Positions 22,478 to 34,773 of a stretch of DNA of 64,000 bases are shown here, in pieces. A program made the translations under genes and the position numbers. The DNA lies in NCBI GenBank assembly GCA_030704615.1, contig CM060731.1, forward strand, positions 55,242,001-55,306,000, in the 5' to 3' direction. Under the pieces are notes generated by a model, which was not told the DNA's origin, did not search any database, and saw nothing but the letters and a program-made list of their open reading frames with translations. Each line of letters opens with the position of its first letter. Position 1 is the stretch's first letter. Source of the DNA: Takakia lepidozioides (Eukaryota; Plantae; Bryophyta).

Positions 22478-25400
22478 GGTGCATGTGAGGAACACAGGGC
22501 AAGACTGCGAAATAAGGACTTATTCCAAGAAGGAGAATGTTCTTCTTAAAACGGGTCAGGGTAATATGCCTTGTACCAAGGCTGTTACCCCGGGTTAAAA
22601 GAGGTAGGCCATGTCTTGAACGTTCTGATTGCCTGAAACAGAACCACAGTATTTGAGCAGATCCTTCCGGAGGAAATACTCAAAGGCCTGAAGGGACGAG
22701 AGGTACAATGGTGGGACATAATGTACACGCACTGGTAGAGGAGATGAAAGATTACAAGGTACTACCGCAAAGTCTCCTATAATAGTCTGGCCCAATCATT
22801 GCTCAAATAATCCTTGATTCTGGCATACTTAATGCGCAGAAAAAGGAAATGGGAGGTTTGAGCCAAAACACGTGGCAATGGAAGAGCAAGGCTCTTCACA
22901 CCAGTGGAGGGTGGACTAGCAGGGCAACCCGAGACTAAGAGGCAGAGACGGGGAAAACTGTAGTGGCGGATCCCACGGCTTTTCACGGATTCCCGCATGA
23001 TAATGTTTCCCAGCTCATGGACAGGAAGGGGCACAGCAGCACAGAAGAAGTGCTATTACTGGAGGCAAGGACCTTCGGAGAGGGAGGAGGAGTTACTTCT
23101 GCATCCAGACCATCACACCCACCTGAAAAAACTTGTCACAAGGTCACAAGTTATCCATGTCAGCTCACCAGAAATAATTTATTTGGAAAGTGAAAGGTTA
23201 ATATATTCCAACTACAGAACAGATAGTGGCAGAAATAGAGAAGGGGGACCTCTCGATGAGAATTCTGGTCTGGTCAAGGAGGACAGAAATCCCAGAGGTG
23301 CAACAGTTGCCCAAGGAAATCTGAGGTGCATATACTACACACACCATGTGCCGGAGGGGGCAACAGGCGGAAGGTCATGACACCTGTAGCACCGGTGAAT
23401 CGATGAAGTAGTTTATCAGGAAGAAAATCCGGTGGGACATGGCCTGAATGGTTTATGAGAACATCACACTGTGTGAAGATCAGGAGGAACAAGCAGGCAA
23501 ACCTCACCATGATGACCCTCAACAGGACATGCTGATGGAGTTCCATAGGCAGGACCACTTAAATTTGTTGGGGACTTTATGTAAAGTCAAATCCATGTTC
23601 CCATTACCAATTACCCCCTTGACAAGCCTTGAAAGAGGAACTCAGGAAAGGAGTTTTGGGCTCGCTTAAGCCACTGAGTGTGCAAACAAGGTCTGATGAG
23701 AGGTCACCTGCTCAAGATGGAAGCAGGACCTTGGGCAATATAGAAATGGCTTGGCATGCAATTGGCCAAGCAAAATCATTGATTGAAAGGGCAGGCCTCG
23801 CGGCAAGACCAGTTGCAACGAAGCACATAAGCAACAGCTATAGCCAAATGGGACAGTGCAGCATAAAGCAAACAATTGTGACAGGAACTGAATGCACTAC
23901 ATACGGATTTGCAGACAGTGCATAACAGGATTGGCGATACAATGTGCTACATTTACAACTAGCTTGACCAATCAACAAAAGAAATAAACAGTCAAGCGGA
24001 AATGGTAAACGAATGAAGGCAGAAGAAGAGATGTTGAAAAATGAAGAAGCTCCTTGTCGATATGGAAGAATACAATCTTGTCGCAATGAAGATACTTTTC
24101 AAGCAATACAGGCAGATTGAAGCTGATCAAACGAGAAGCACATCGTGGAGTTTTTATAAAACAATCACTCATCTGGCCCAATAGAAATGAAGTTCGCGGT
24201 CACTAACAAGGCTTGGAAGGAAGCCAATAATCTACTTGCTGCTATATGGGAAAAAAAGAAATGCGCCAATTGGTTGAACCTGGCGAAGCGCATTGACTGC
24301 TTACACAAAAGGTTTGGACTATTTAACAAAACTGAGAGAGGAGCAAACTCTCTCCAGGGGGAACCACAAGCACTTGTGTGGATAACAAGCCTTATGCCAT
24401 GTTCTGGTTAGCACAAGTGCCCGAAGAGGGCAAACGCACCACGGAAGCTCACCCAAGCGAGATGAATGAGCTCACTTCTGCAGGTGCAAGAACATGAGCC
24501 ACGAACTACTATAGACAATGTCTATAGTAGGATAGCAGAGTACAAGAGGATGTAGACGGACTGCAGACTCAAGTGGAAGACCTCACTTCAACAGATCGAC
24601 CAAGGAGAGTCTATATCCCTCAGACAGCTAATGGCTTCTTATTTACAAGCCAGAACTTTGGCTTCGTATCAGTCCTTCAAAGGAGGGGCAGGAGATGCCA
24701 TGATACATACGAAGAACCAGTAACCAAAACCAACCGCCGGGAAAAAAGCACAGTCCTGTACAAATAGCTGAACCTGGGTGGTTACTACAACGCACACCAC
24801 AGGCACCACAGGGCCGGATGTTGGGGCAATGGCGCCGCTTTTAACAACCCATCCTAAACTCGGCTGGACAGGGGAGTACAGTAGGGCTATGGGTATTATG
24901 CCCTTCAACAAATTCCCATCATGTTGGATTTGCTTGGAAGATTTAGACCGTGCACTCCTCCGCAGTCCTAATCGCAAACATACTACCAAATCAATGCGTA
25001 TATTGCTGCCATAGGCCTATGACTAAAGTTCTTCACGCACAAAATCGACATATTCAGAAGATCATCACTTTGCACATACTGGCCGAAGCAGGTACCCATG
25101 TTGAGGGAATTGATTGCTTTCCAGGTTGTACATGGACTTCATTTATACCAAAGACCAAAGGAGATAGCACAGTATTGTCATGGGTGCGGGATTATACGGC
25201 TAGCTGCTTGTTTCCGCTGGTAGGCGTTACCACATTGAGCAACAAAAATGCAAACACCCGCTTTACAATGAGTTATTCCAGTGGAGAATACAATTGGGTA
25301 TTAACCTTCGTTGGCCACCTCATATGTACCTATATAGACCCAAAAGTTATGATGCAAAAGGGATATCTCAAATTCGTTATGTTTGTGGTCAAGCGGCTTG

Positions 25401-28400
25401 CAACCATTTGTCAACACAGAAATCGGCATTGATGACATTTTTCTATAAGGGACATGTGGCATGGAAATACTTGCACACTGCACCTTAAATAATGTACCAA
25501 AAAGAACCCCCCCAACTCACCTGGACAGACAAGGAGCTCACGAGTGTCTACACCTTTTTGCTGATTCAAGAGAGCGGTTACACCAAAGTTGTAAAATACA
25601 AACTTCCAGACATTGGTAGGACACATTGTATGCCCCAGATGATTCCACAAAAAGTTCGAAAATTAAAACACCTGAGAGGCGATGAGGATATGATACAACT
25701 GTTTCTTCACAGAATTCTTTTGACATGGGAGAAGACTATGCAATTCATAAAATGGCAGAGAAGAAGAGAAGGGGTTCCCTATGCCGGAAAGATTACCTCG
25801 ATATCAGCCTCCAAGAGTGCCATCACTTATCCAGGTAGTAATACAACCATCTCCGTCAACCAGAGATAGACACCTCGAGGCTGGCTCGTCACAGTTCGGC
25901 CAAGAAAAGAAACTCTCAAACGTCAAGAGGGTGCTCACTCACAAAGGTTATGCTAGTCGCGAATCAGTAAACCGTGAGAGCCACGGCTTTTTGAATGTAG
26001 GGGGGGAAGGGTAATGTTTAGAGTACTGTCCGGGGACTTAGACCCTTATACGGGATCTGTAGGGTACCCTTAATTTTTGCACAGACTGAGACCAACAGGA
26101 GCCTTAGGGTGACAGCGCGCCACTGTAGAGGGGGGTTACACGCCCGTCACAGTCGTCACACAACCACACAACCCGCAACACCTCACAAAGCATAGACAAA
26201 ACACCATCCCTTCACCCCCAACACAGACACAACATCCTACACAATCCTACACAATACATCCACACTGCATTCACATCCTCTATCAGCGTCCAACAACATT
26301 CGTCTCATCCTTCCACAAGTCACAGCCCGTCACCGTTCACACATCACACGCCAGTCACAGCTTGACACAGCTGTCACGATCATAGGAACGAAGAGTAGGA
26401 CGGGGAACGCTGTGGGGAACAACACCTGCGAAGGGGAACATGTTAGTTCACAGACACGGTTTAGTGAGGGAAACGGTTAGAACCGCGATAGGAAGATAAA
26501 AGGGAGAAACGGGGAATGAAGGGAAATCATTCGGGGGAGGACTTCTGGGTGATAGAGGAGAGGGGATCGGGCAGAGATAAAGAACGGAAGTGAATATAGA
26601 GAGATGATGGCTTCTTATAATGGCTTCTTATTTACAATCCAGAACTTTGGCTTTTCAGTCTTCACAGGAGGGGCAGGAGATGCCAATGATACAGGAGCCA
26701 GTACCACCACCACCACAACAGGTCACTGTACCAGTAGCTGAACCTGTGGTTACTACAACCCACACCACAGCCACCACACAGCCGGAGGTATGGGGCAATG
26801 CCCTCTTTTAACCCACCTAAAACTCGAGCTGCAAGGGAGTACAGTAGGGCTATGATTATGCCTTCACCAAATTCCCATCATTTTGGATTTGGCTTGGAAA
26901 GAATTTAGTCCCCTCCGCAGTCATTCGCACATTACTACCAAACATGCGTATTTGGCTGCCAGTGGCAACTAGGACTAAAGTTCTTCCGAACAATCGACAT
27001 ATTGAAGATCATCACTTTGCACAATACTGCACAGGCAGGTACCATTTGAGGGAATTGATTGGCTTTCCAGGTTGGTACATGGACTCTTTATACCAAGACC
27101 AAGGAGATAGCAGTTATTGTCATGGGGTGCGGGTTATACTACGCCTGCTTGTTTTCTGGTACGTTACCACATTGAGCAACAAAAGATGGCAAACACGCTT
27201 TCAAAGTTATTCCAGTGGAGATCATTGGGTATTACCTTCGGTGCCACCTCATATGTACCTATATGACCCAAAAGTTATGATGCAAAAGGATTCTCAAATT
27301 TGTTCATGGTTTCAAAACAATCCTGCAACCATTGTCACAACAGAAATTCGGCATTGATGACATTTTCTATAAGGGACATGTGGCTGGAATACTTCATGTC
27401 ACCATTAATTGGTACCCCGCCACCGAAATACCCCCACGCTGCAACCCCACTCACCTGGAGCTCAGTGTCTACACCAATTTTGCTGTTCAACGGTTACACC
27501 ATGTTGTAAAATACAAACTTCCAGACATGGTAGGACAGCATTGTATGCCCCAGATGATTACACAAAAAGTTCGAAAATTAAAACACCTGAGAGGCGATGA
27601 GGATTCTGATACAACTGTTTCTTCACCGAATTCTTTTGACATGGGAGAAGACTATGCAATTCAGATGGAAGAGAAGAAGCGACGGGGATCTCCTATGCCG
27701 GAAAGATTACCTCGATATCAGCCTCCAGAGGGCCTCACTTATCCAGGTAGTGATCAACCATCTCCGTCAACCAGAAACAGACCTCGGGCTCGTACACACA
27801 GTCCGCCAAGAAACTCTCAACGTCAAGAAGATGCTCACTCACAAAGGTTTGCTAATCGAAATCAGTAAACCGTGAGGACACGGCTTTTTGAGGGGGGAAG
27901 GGGTAATGTTAGAGGACTGTCGGGGACTTAGACACTTATACGGGATCTGTAGGGTACCCTTAATTTTTGCACATACTGAGACCAACAGGAGCCTTAGGGG
28001 TGACAGCAGCGCACTGTAGAGGGGGGTTACACAGTCGTCACAGCCCACACAGCTGTCACAGCCCACACAGCCATCACAGCCCACACAGCCGTCACAGCCC
28101 ACACAGCCAACACAGCCCGTCACAGCAGACACAGCCAACACAGCCCGTCACAGTCGTCACAGCAGACACAGCCCGTCACAGTCGTCACAGCCCACACAGC
28201 CCGTCACAGTCGTCACAGCAGACACAGCCGAGACAGCCGACACAGCCACATAGCCAGCCACAGCCCGACACAGCCAAACACAGTCGCACAGCCAGTCACA
28301 GCCCGTCACAGTTTCGCACAGCCAGTCACAGCCCATCACAGTTTCACACAGCCAGTCACAGCTTGACACAGCGGTCACGATCATAGGGAACGAAGAGTAG

Positions 28401-29001
28401 GACAGGGAACGACTGTGGGGAACAACACCTGCGAAGGGAACATGTTAGTTCACAGACGACGGTTAGCGAGGGAAACGGTTAGAACCGCGGAGAGGAAGAT
28501 AAAGGGAGAAACGGGGAATTGAGGGACATCATTCGGAGGAGGACTTCTTGGTGATAGAGGAGAGGGATCGGGCAGAGATGAAGAACGGAAGGGAAGATAG
28601 AGAGATGATGAGTAGATGCTTGATATATGCAAGGCTGTAATGATATTGTAGAGTAGATTAGAGACACAATGGCTTCGGCCTGATACCTGATAAATCATAA
28701 TCGGATACTTTTACGATACAATCACACTGTGTAGAGAGATCTGAGTGAAGCTGTGGAATGAATGGATGAGTTGATGGAATCCAATAGATTGATAAAGCAA
28801 ACTGATACTTAATTATCAATGGTAAGATAGTTAACATGAATACCATAAGGGAAACAAATAGGAAACAACCCCATGATACACTAGCTGTAGGTCATGACTG
28901 ATTGTTCTGCGCGGGCTGAGTACTTAGAGATTTCCAACTCTTCAATCTTGGAGTTTCCGCCTCGAATAGCAAAGGGATGGGTGAGTAAAAGCCGCGCGAC
29001 A
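22478..29001 (+). mobile_element. Ty3/gypsy 3' region in tandem: post-integrase extension, PPT, truncated LTR (26015-~26610), a second extension fragment, PPT, full LTR
   Basis: homologous to 56678-59900(-); PPT gaggggggaaggggtaa precedes TGTTAGAGG; very indel-rich between 22.5 and 26.6 kb. Confidence 0.9.
27907..29001 (+). repeat. Complete LTR (~1.1 kb) with an internal (CACAGC)n-like microsatellite
   Basis: TGTTAGAGGACTG...AAAAGCCGCGCGACA; preceded by PPT; abuts gag of an oppositely oriented copy. Confidence 0.95.
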
Positions 29002-29711
29002 TATTCCCAGCTTCAGTTGCACTACTTCCCACACTCCCTGTCCCCCCAGAGCCAGATCCAGGCAGCCCGCCTGATCCCCCTGAGCCGACACCTTCGTTGG
29101 CCTGTGATCCAAGTGCTCCACTTGATCCAGGTCGAACGGGTTGGGATGTCCTGGTTGTAGTCTCAACCTCAGTTGTTGGGTCTACTTCTTCATATTCTTC
29201 CTCTTCCAATTTCTTCTCTCTGTTTTCATCCTCCAAGTTCTGCCCTTGGGTTTCTTCTTCACTCATGTAACTCAACTGCAATGGTGTTGGAGAGTCTGAA
29301 CTCTCCGTTGGCTCTGCCACATCATCTCCTCCTTCTTCACCTTCCGCTTCAGAAACTGGAGTTCCTGCTTTTGGTGTTCCATGCCAACTCTTATCAAAGA
29401 TTTCTGTCAAATCTTTTATCCAGGGATGTACCTCAGATCTTTCACCTCGTGATTGATCTTCTTCCCGTACCAATTCCCTTAATCTTTCTTGCAAAGAAAC
29501 AAAAGGAGTGGCATCCAACTCTAGTTCTTCCGGTATGGGTGATGTACTCTTTGATCTTGATGGTGTGAGAGGTCCAGATAATTCCCCTATGTCTATTCCT
29601 CTCTCCCAAAGATATGGATAATTAGCTTTCAGATAGCTTTCTCTTTTTGCTGAATATCTCTGGCGTCTAGCTTCTCTTTCATCACTCATGTCCCATGTCT
29701 TTCATTTCTTT

Positions 29712-30407
29712 TTAATGTGGCAATAACCAAAACTCTCTTCTGTAATATCTCTCGTATATGCCTGGGTTTCTTTCAAGCTTCAATGCACCCTTAGCTATAC
29801 TTGAAGTCTCTGTTACCATATAACCATATGGCAAACAAGTCTGGAAAGCTGTTCTTGGTGTGAGTTTGATCCACAAAATATCCTTTGGAATCCAATTCTT
29901 TACCAGTAGAAGCTCTTCATGCATATGAGTATAAACATTCACCTTTCTTTCCTCCCAGCCTTCAAACTCTACTCGCTTAATGGATAGCAATGCTATCACA
30001 TAAACCAATGTTGGTAACCAACGTGCTCTTCCTCTACAGGCCACCTGATAAATCTTTATCACTCCTTTCTCCAGACCCCATTCAGGGTCAGCATCATGCA
30101 CTCTCTTAAGAATGTTTTTTTTACAACCGTCTTGCAATTCCAAAAACCTCTGCAAGAATCGTTTGGACAATCTTTCCTTCTTAGTTTCACAAGGAATTTG
30201 ATTCACATCAAATTCTTTAATTCTCCAACCACCATGATCCCACCAGATGCATGTCACATCTGGTTGTTCATGACCCAGTTCCCCAGTATGGTCGCCAAAT
30301 GTCGCGCGGCTTTTACTCACCCATCCCTTCGCTATCCGAGGCGGAAACTCCAAGATAGAAGAGTTGGAAATCTCTAAGCACTCAGCCCGCTCAGAACAAT
30401 CAGTCAT
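29712..30407 (-). CDS. Extra ORF upstream of gag (231 aa, function unknown), first ATG inside the LTR
   Basis: open in two copies (also 38066-38615) with mostly conservative substitutions. Confidence 0.5.
   Translation of the reverse strand: MTDCSERAECLEISNSSILEFPPRIAKGWVSKSRATFGDHTGELGHEQPDVTCIWWDHGGWRIKEFDVNQIPCETKKERLSKRFLQRFLELQDGCKKNILKRVHDADPEWGLEKGVIKIYQVACRGRARWLPTLVYVIALLSIKRVEFEGWEERKVNVYTHMHEELLLVKNWIPKDILWIKLTPRTAFQTCLPYGYMVTETSSIAKGALKLERNPGIYERYYRREFWLLPH
30280..30297 (-). promoter_or_regulatory. Primer-binding site TGGCGACCATACTGGGGA (tRNA-Arg-like, by analogy to Tat/Ogre PBSs)
   Basis: 2 nt after the LTR end; identical copy at 38176-38193(+). Confidence 0.8.
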
Positions 30408-31104
30408 GACCTACAGCTAGTGTATCATGGGGGTGTTTCCTATTTGTTTTCCTTCCCGCATTCATGTTAGCTAGTTACCTTACTGTTGGTAAATAAGTAT
30501 CAGTTTGCTTCATCAATCTATCGGATTCCATCAACTCATCCATTCATTCCACAGCTTCACTCAGATCTCTCTACACAGTGTGAGTATGAATTGTGTATCA
30601 GATTAATATCTATCAAGTATCAGGCTAAAGACATGGAGTCTCTAATCTGCTCTACATTACAATTCTACTGCCTGCATTCATTAAGCATCAACAGATCCTC
30701 CTCCTACTCCGTGTTCTCCCTCTTTCTGCTCAGAGATACGTTCTCTCCTCATTTCCCCCTGATGTTCGAAGTCTCCCCCAAGAAGTGATCCTCCCCTCCT
30801 TCCAGCAGTGATTCCCCCCCCGAAGTGATCCAAGAATTGATCCTTTTCCAGTCCTTGCTCTTGGCATCATCTTCCTACCCGTTGTTCTAACCGTTTCCCT
30901 CACTTACCGTCATCGGTGAACTAACATGTTCCATTCGCAGGTGTTGTTCCCCACAGTCGTTCCCTGTCCTGCTATCCGTTCCCTATGGTCGTGACAGCTG
31001 TGTCAAGCTGTGACTGGTTGTGCGACTGTGTTGGGTTGTGACTGGCTGTGTGGCTGTGTCGGCAGTGTCAGGCTGTGTCGGACTGTGACGACTGTGTTGG
31101 CTGT

Positions 31105-31996
31105 TGTCGCGCGGCTTTTACTCACCCATCCCTTCGCTATTCGAGGCGGAAACTCCAAGATAGAAGAGTTGGAAATCTCTAAGTACTCAGCCCGCGCAGA
31201 ACAATCAGTCATGACCTACAGCTAGTGTATCATGGGGGTGTTTCCTATTTGTTTCCCTTTTGGTATTCATGTTAGCTATCTTACCATTGATAATTAAATA
31301 TCAGTTTGCTTTATCAATCTATTGGATTCCATCAGCTCATCCATTCATGTCACAGCTTCACTCAGATCTCTCTACACAGTGTGATTGTATCGTAAAAGTA
31401 TCCGATTATGATTTATCAGGTATCAGGCCGAAGCCATTGTGTCTCTAATCTGCTCTACTCATCATCTCTCTATCTTCACTTCCGTTCTTTATCTCTGCCC
31501 GATCCCCTCTTATCTATCACCCAGAAGTCCTCCCCCGAATGATGTCCCTTCATTCCCCGTTTCTCCCTTTTATCTTCCTATCCGCGGTTCTAACCGTTTC
31601 CCTCACTAACCGTGTCTGTGAACTAACATGTTCCCTTCGCAGGTGTTGTTCCCCACAGTCGTTCCCTGTCCTACTCTTCGTTCCCTATGATCGTGACAGC
31701 TGTGTCAAGCTGTGACTGGCTGTGTGAAACTGTGACGGGCTGTGACTGGCTGTGCGACTGTGTTTGGCTGTGTGGCTGTGCCGGGCTGTGTCGGCTGTGT
31801 CGGCTGTGTCTGCTGTGACGGGCTGTGTTGGCTGTGTTGGCTGTGACGGCTGTGACGACTGTGACGGGCTGTGTAACCCCCCTCTACAGTGCGCTGCTGT
31901 CACCCCTAAGGCTCCTGTTGGTCTCAGTCTGTGCAAAAATTAAGGGTACCCTACAGATCCCGTATAAGTGTCTAAGTCCCCGACAGTCCTCTAACA
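31105..31996 (-). mobile_element. Solo LTR nested inside the microsatellite of another LTR of the same family
   Basis: both TG...CA ends intact; flanks gctgt / actgt form a 5-bp TSD with one mismatch. Confidence 0.85.
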
Positions 31997-32106
31997 ACTG
32001 TGTTGGGCTGTGTCGGACTGTGACGGGCTGTGTAACCCCCTTCTAAAGTGCGCTGCTGTCACCCCTAAGGCTCCTGTTGGTCTCAGTCTGTGCAAAAATT
32101 AAGGGT

Positions 32107-34773
32107 AAGGAATACAAGAAAGTGATAGCCACCATAAGTGTTGTCCGAACACCAACTGGTTATGGGTCATCCCTCCGTACGAAGTTCAGCAAAGAAGACG
32201 GGGTCCATGGTTTGAAGTCTCATGACTACCACAATCTATTGAAGACATCTTGCCCATTGCAGTACGTGGGACATTGACTCCCGAGGTTCATGAGACAATC
32301 TATAGATTGGGAGGCTTGTTCCGGTGGATTTGCTCCAAAGAGTTGGAAGAAGCAGATTTTCCACGCATGAAGAAAGAGGCGGCAGAGGTAATGTATATGT
32401 TGGAGATGCACCTTCCTCCCTCCTTCTTTGACATCCAAATGCGCTTAGTAGTGCACTTAGTGGAAGAGGCTTCGATTGTCGGCCCCATTCATTCTCGGTG
32501 GATGTACTTCCTTGAGCGTTATATAAAAACTTTGAAAGGATTTGTAAGACAAATGACGCACCCGGAGGGTAGCATGGCGGAGGGGTATATGTTGCAAGAA
32601 GCTATGTTCTATTGCACGGAGTACATGGCAAGGGTGGATGAGGAAGCCTCTCAGATGTTGAAGGAATAGGAGGATGCATGAACCAATGACATCGTTTTGC
32701 CCAAAAAATCGAAGAGGGTAAAATTGCCGACCTTGGTGACTGAGCAAGCGCATGACTTCATACTGAAGAACACCCCATCCATACATGAGTGGGAGGCAAG
32801 ATACAATAATCTTGTTCAGCAACGAGAGGAGGAGACGCTTGCATGGAGGCAGAACCATCCAAGGCCGGTTACTAGACGCCCACGACGAGGAGCGGGCCGC
32901 CGGAATGTTCCTTCACAAAATTTGCCCATGGAATTGCAGCCTCTAAGTTCATTCCAATAGTGGCTTCGGGCTTCAGTTTATGACGCCGTTGCTCAAGGAG
33001 AGGTGGTTTCAGATTTGGTGCAAGACATTGCAAGGGGCCTCTCTCAATTCGTGACCTCATACACGGCGGTTTGGGTTCACGGTCGTCATTTCCGCATTCG
33101 TGCTCTTGACATGAAGCGCAAAACAACCTTTGATTCTTGCTTGTGCGCCACATATTGGCAAGACTCCGTGTGGGGCAAGGGAGATACACGACCTGCTATG
33201 AGCAAACTTGAGTACATTGGAGAGTTTGAGAGCATACTCCAACTTCAGTATACAAGGTACCGGCCTCTTCTCTTCAAGGGAAGGTGGTTCCAGCCACATC
33301 TTGTGGGGCCCTCCGCAACACTAGTGCAAGATGTTTGTGGTTTCATGCGCGTCAATGCACATATGCTCAACCCTACTCATCGTCCCTCCAATGAGTTTTT
33401 TTCACGGCCTTCAAACATGGAACAATTTTTCTTCTCCGATGACAAAACAAGAGGGGGGAATTGGAAGGTGGTTGTGCATGTTCAGCCAAAAGGAAGACGT
33501 ATCTATCATGGTCTCGGATCTCCATGGGATGAGACCATTGCGGTGGACGGAGAGACTGGTCATAATGATGCTGATGATGGAGGTTGGGTAGAGGGGGTAG
33601 AAGAGGATGATGACGCCCCGGACAATGCATCCTGGACCCTATATGATGAAGCTCTAGAAGATACGGATGTTGGAGAAGGAGACGAAGACACGGCCATTGA
33701 CAACGAGGTGAAGGATGATTCGGAGGTGTCTTTTGAGGGCTGGACCATTTATGACGATGACTCTGATCACCAAGAAGACTTGCAGCTTGATGAGGATGAA
33801 GAAGTTCCGGATGATGATGTTCAAGTTGATTAGACACAAAATCAAAGCTACATAACAATTCTCGCACCGAACTGGACCCAACCCTTCGATTGATTGTACA
33901 TGTATATGCATATTGTAGTTTATTTCTATGATTGATCAAATATGGCTGTGGCTGGTAGTCTTTCAAGAAAGAAGGCAGAGACAATGAATATGTTGGAGCA
34001 ACACATACAGATGTGGTATCAAGAGAATTATCAAAATGAATGTCACAATCTACAAGAAGGTCCACAACAACAAGCTAAACCATAAAGAAAAACAAACACC
34101 CTACCCCAGTACCATATGAAAAAAAAAAAAAAAAAACTAAGAACCCCCAAAGGCCCTAAACCTAAACCTATAAAGCCCTGTCGTCGCTGCCTGCAACCCC
34201 CACGCGACGCGGTTTTTAGGATTTATGAGGCCGAGGGTCGCAACCGGCGATGGCCAACTGTAGCCAACTGCAACCTGTTTTTTTGTTTTGAAAGAATGGA
34301 TTTATGAGGCCGGGGGTCGCAAACGGCGATGGCAGGCCATCGCAAACTGTGACCTGTTTTTTTGTTTTGCAAGAATAGGGCAGCCGGGCAGTTTGCGACG
34401 CCCGGCCGTTGCAGGGGTCTTTTGCCTTTCATGCCACCATGCGACAGCCTGGCGTCGCAAGAAAGGGTTGCGATGAAAGAAAGGGCAAGAAAGGGTTTTT
34501 TTTTTCGGCGTGCGACGACCGGCCGTCGCCAGAAAAAGCTGCCTTCAGCCCTTCGCTGGGGGGCCACACTTGGGCGTCGCACGGAAGGGCTGCCTTTTGC
34601 CCTTCATCTGCCCGTGCGATGGCTAGACGTCGCCGCCTGGCCCCGGCGCCAGGTGGCGACCCGCGGGGTTTGGCTGCGACGGCCCTACGTCGCAAACACG
34701 CTCCGCGGGGTTGGCGCCGCGCGGGGCGTGGGGGCGCGGCTGGCATCGCAAAACCCCCCCATTTGCTGTAGTG
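32107..34773 (+). mobile_element. CACTA (En/Spm) element, 3' half: transposase remnants (DUF4218/DUF4216-like), subterminal GTCGC/GCGAC repeats and right TIR
   Basis: GLKSHDYH, FFDIQMRLVVHL...RWMYFLERY...EGSMAEGY (32250-32669); ORF 33003-33833; ends ...GCTGTAGTG (reverse complement CACTACAGC). Confidence 0.9.

Larger units (their letters stand above)
29002..32106 (-). mobile_element. Ty3/gypsy 5' part: 5' LTR (30300-32106, truncated), PBS, extra 5' ORF, gag N-terminus (29002-29689)
   Basis: LTR end at 30300; gag MSDEREARRQRYSAK... near-identical to the 16.8-17.5 kb copy. Confidence 0.9.

Noticed and set aside
21867-22598. Long ORFs spanning the X run
   Set aside because: Artefacts of the 500-N gap.
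22478-26610. Dense frameshifting as a biological hypermutation signal
   Set aside because: Single-base indels next to a gap look like an unpolished, low-coverage consensus.
27839-28386. Cys/His/Ser-rich ORFs in the LTRs (also 31.7, 37.3, 38.7, 40.1 and 56.3 kb)
   Set aside because: Translations of the (CACAGC)n-like LTR microsatellite, whose length and frame vary among copies.
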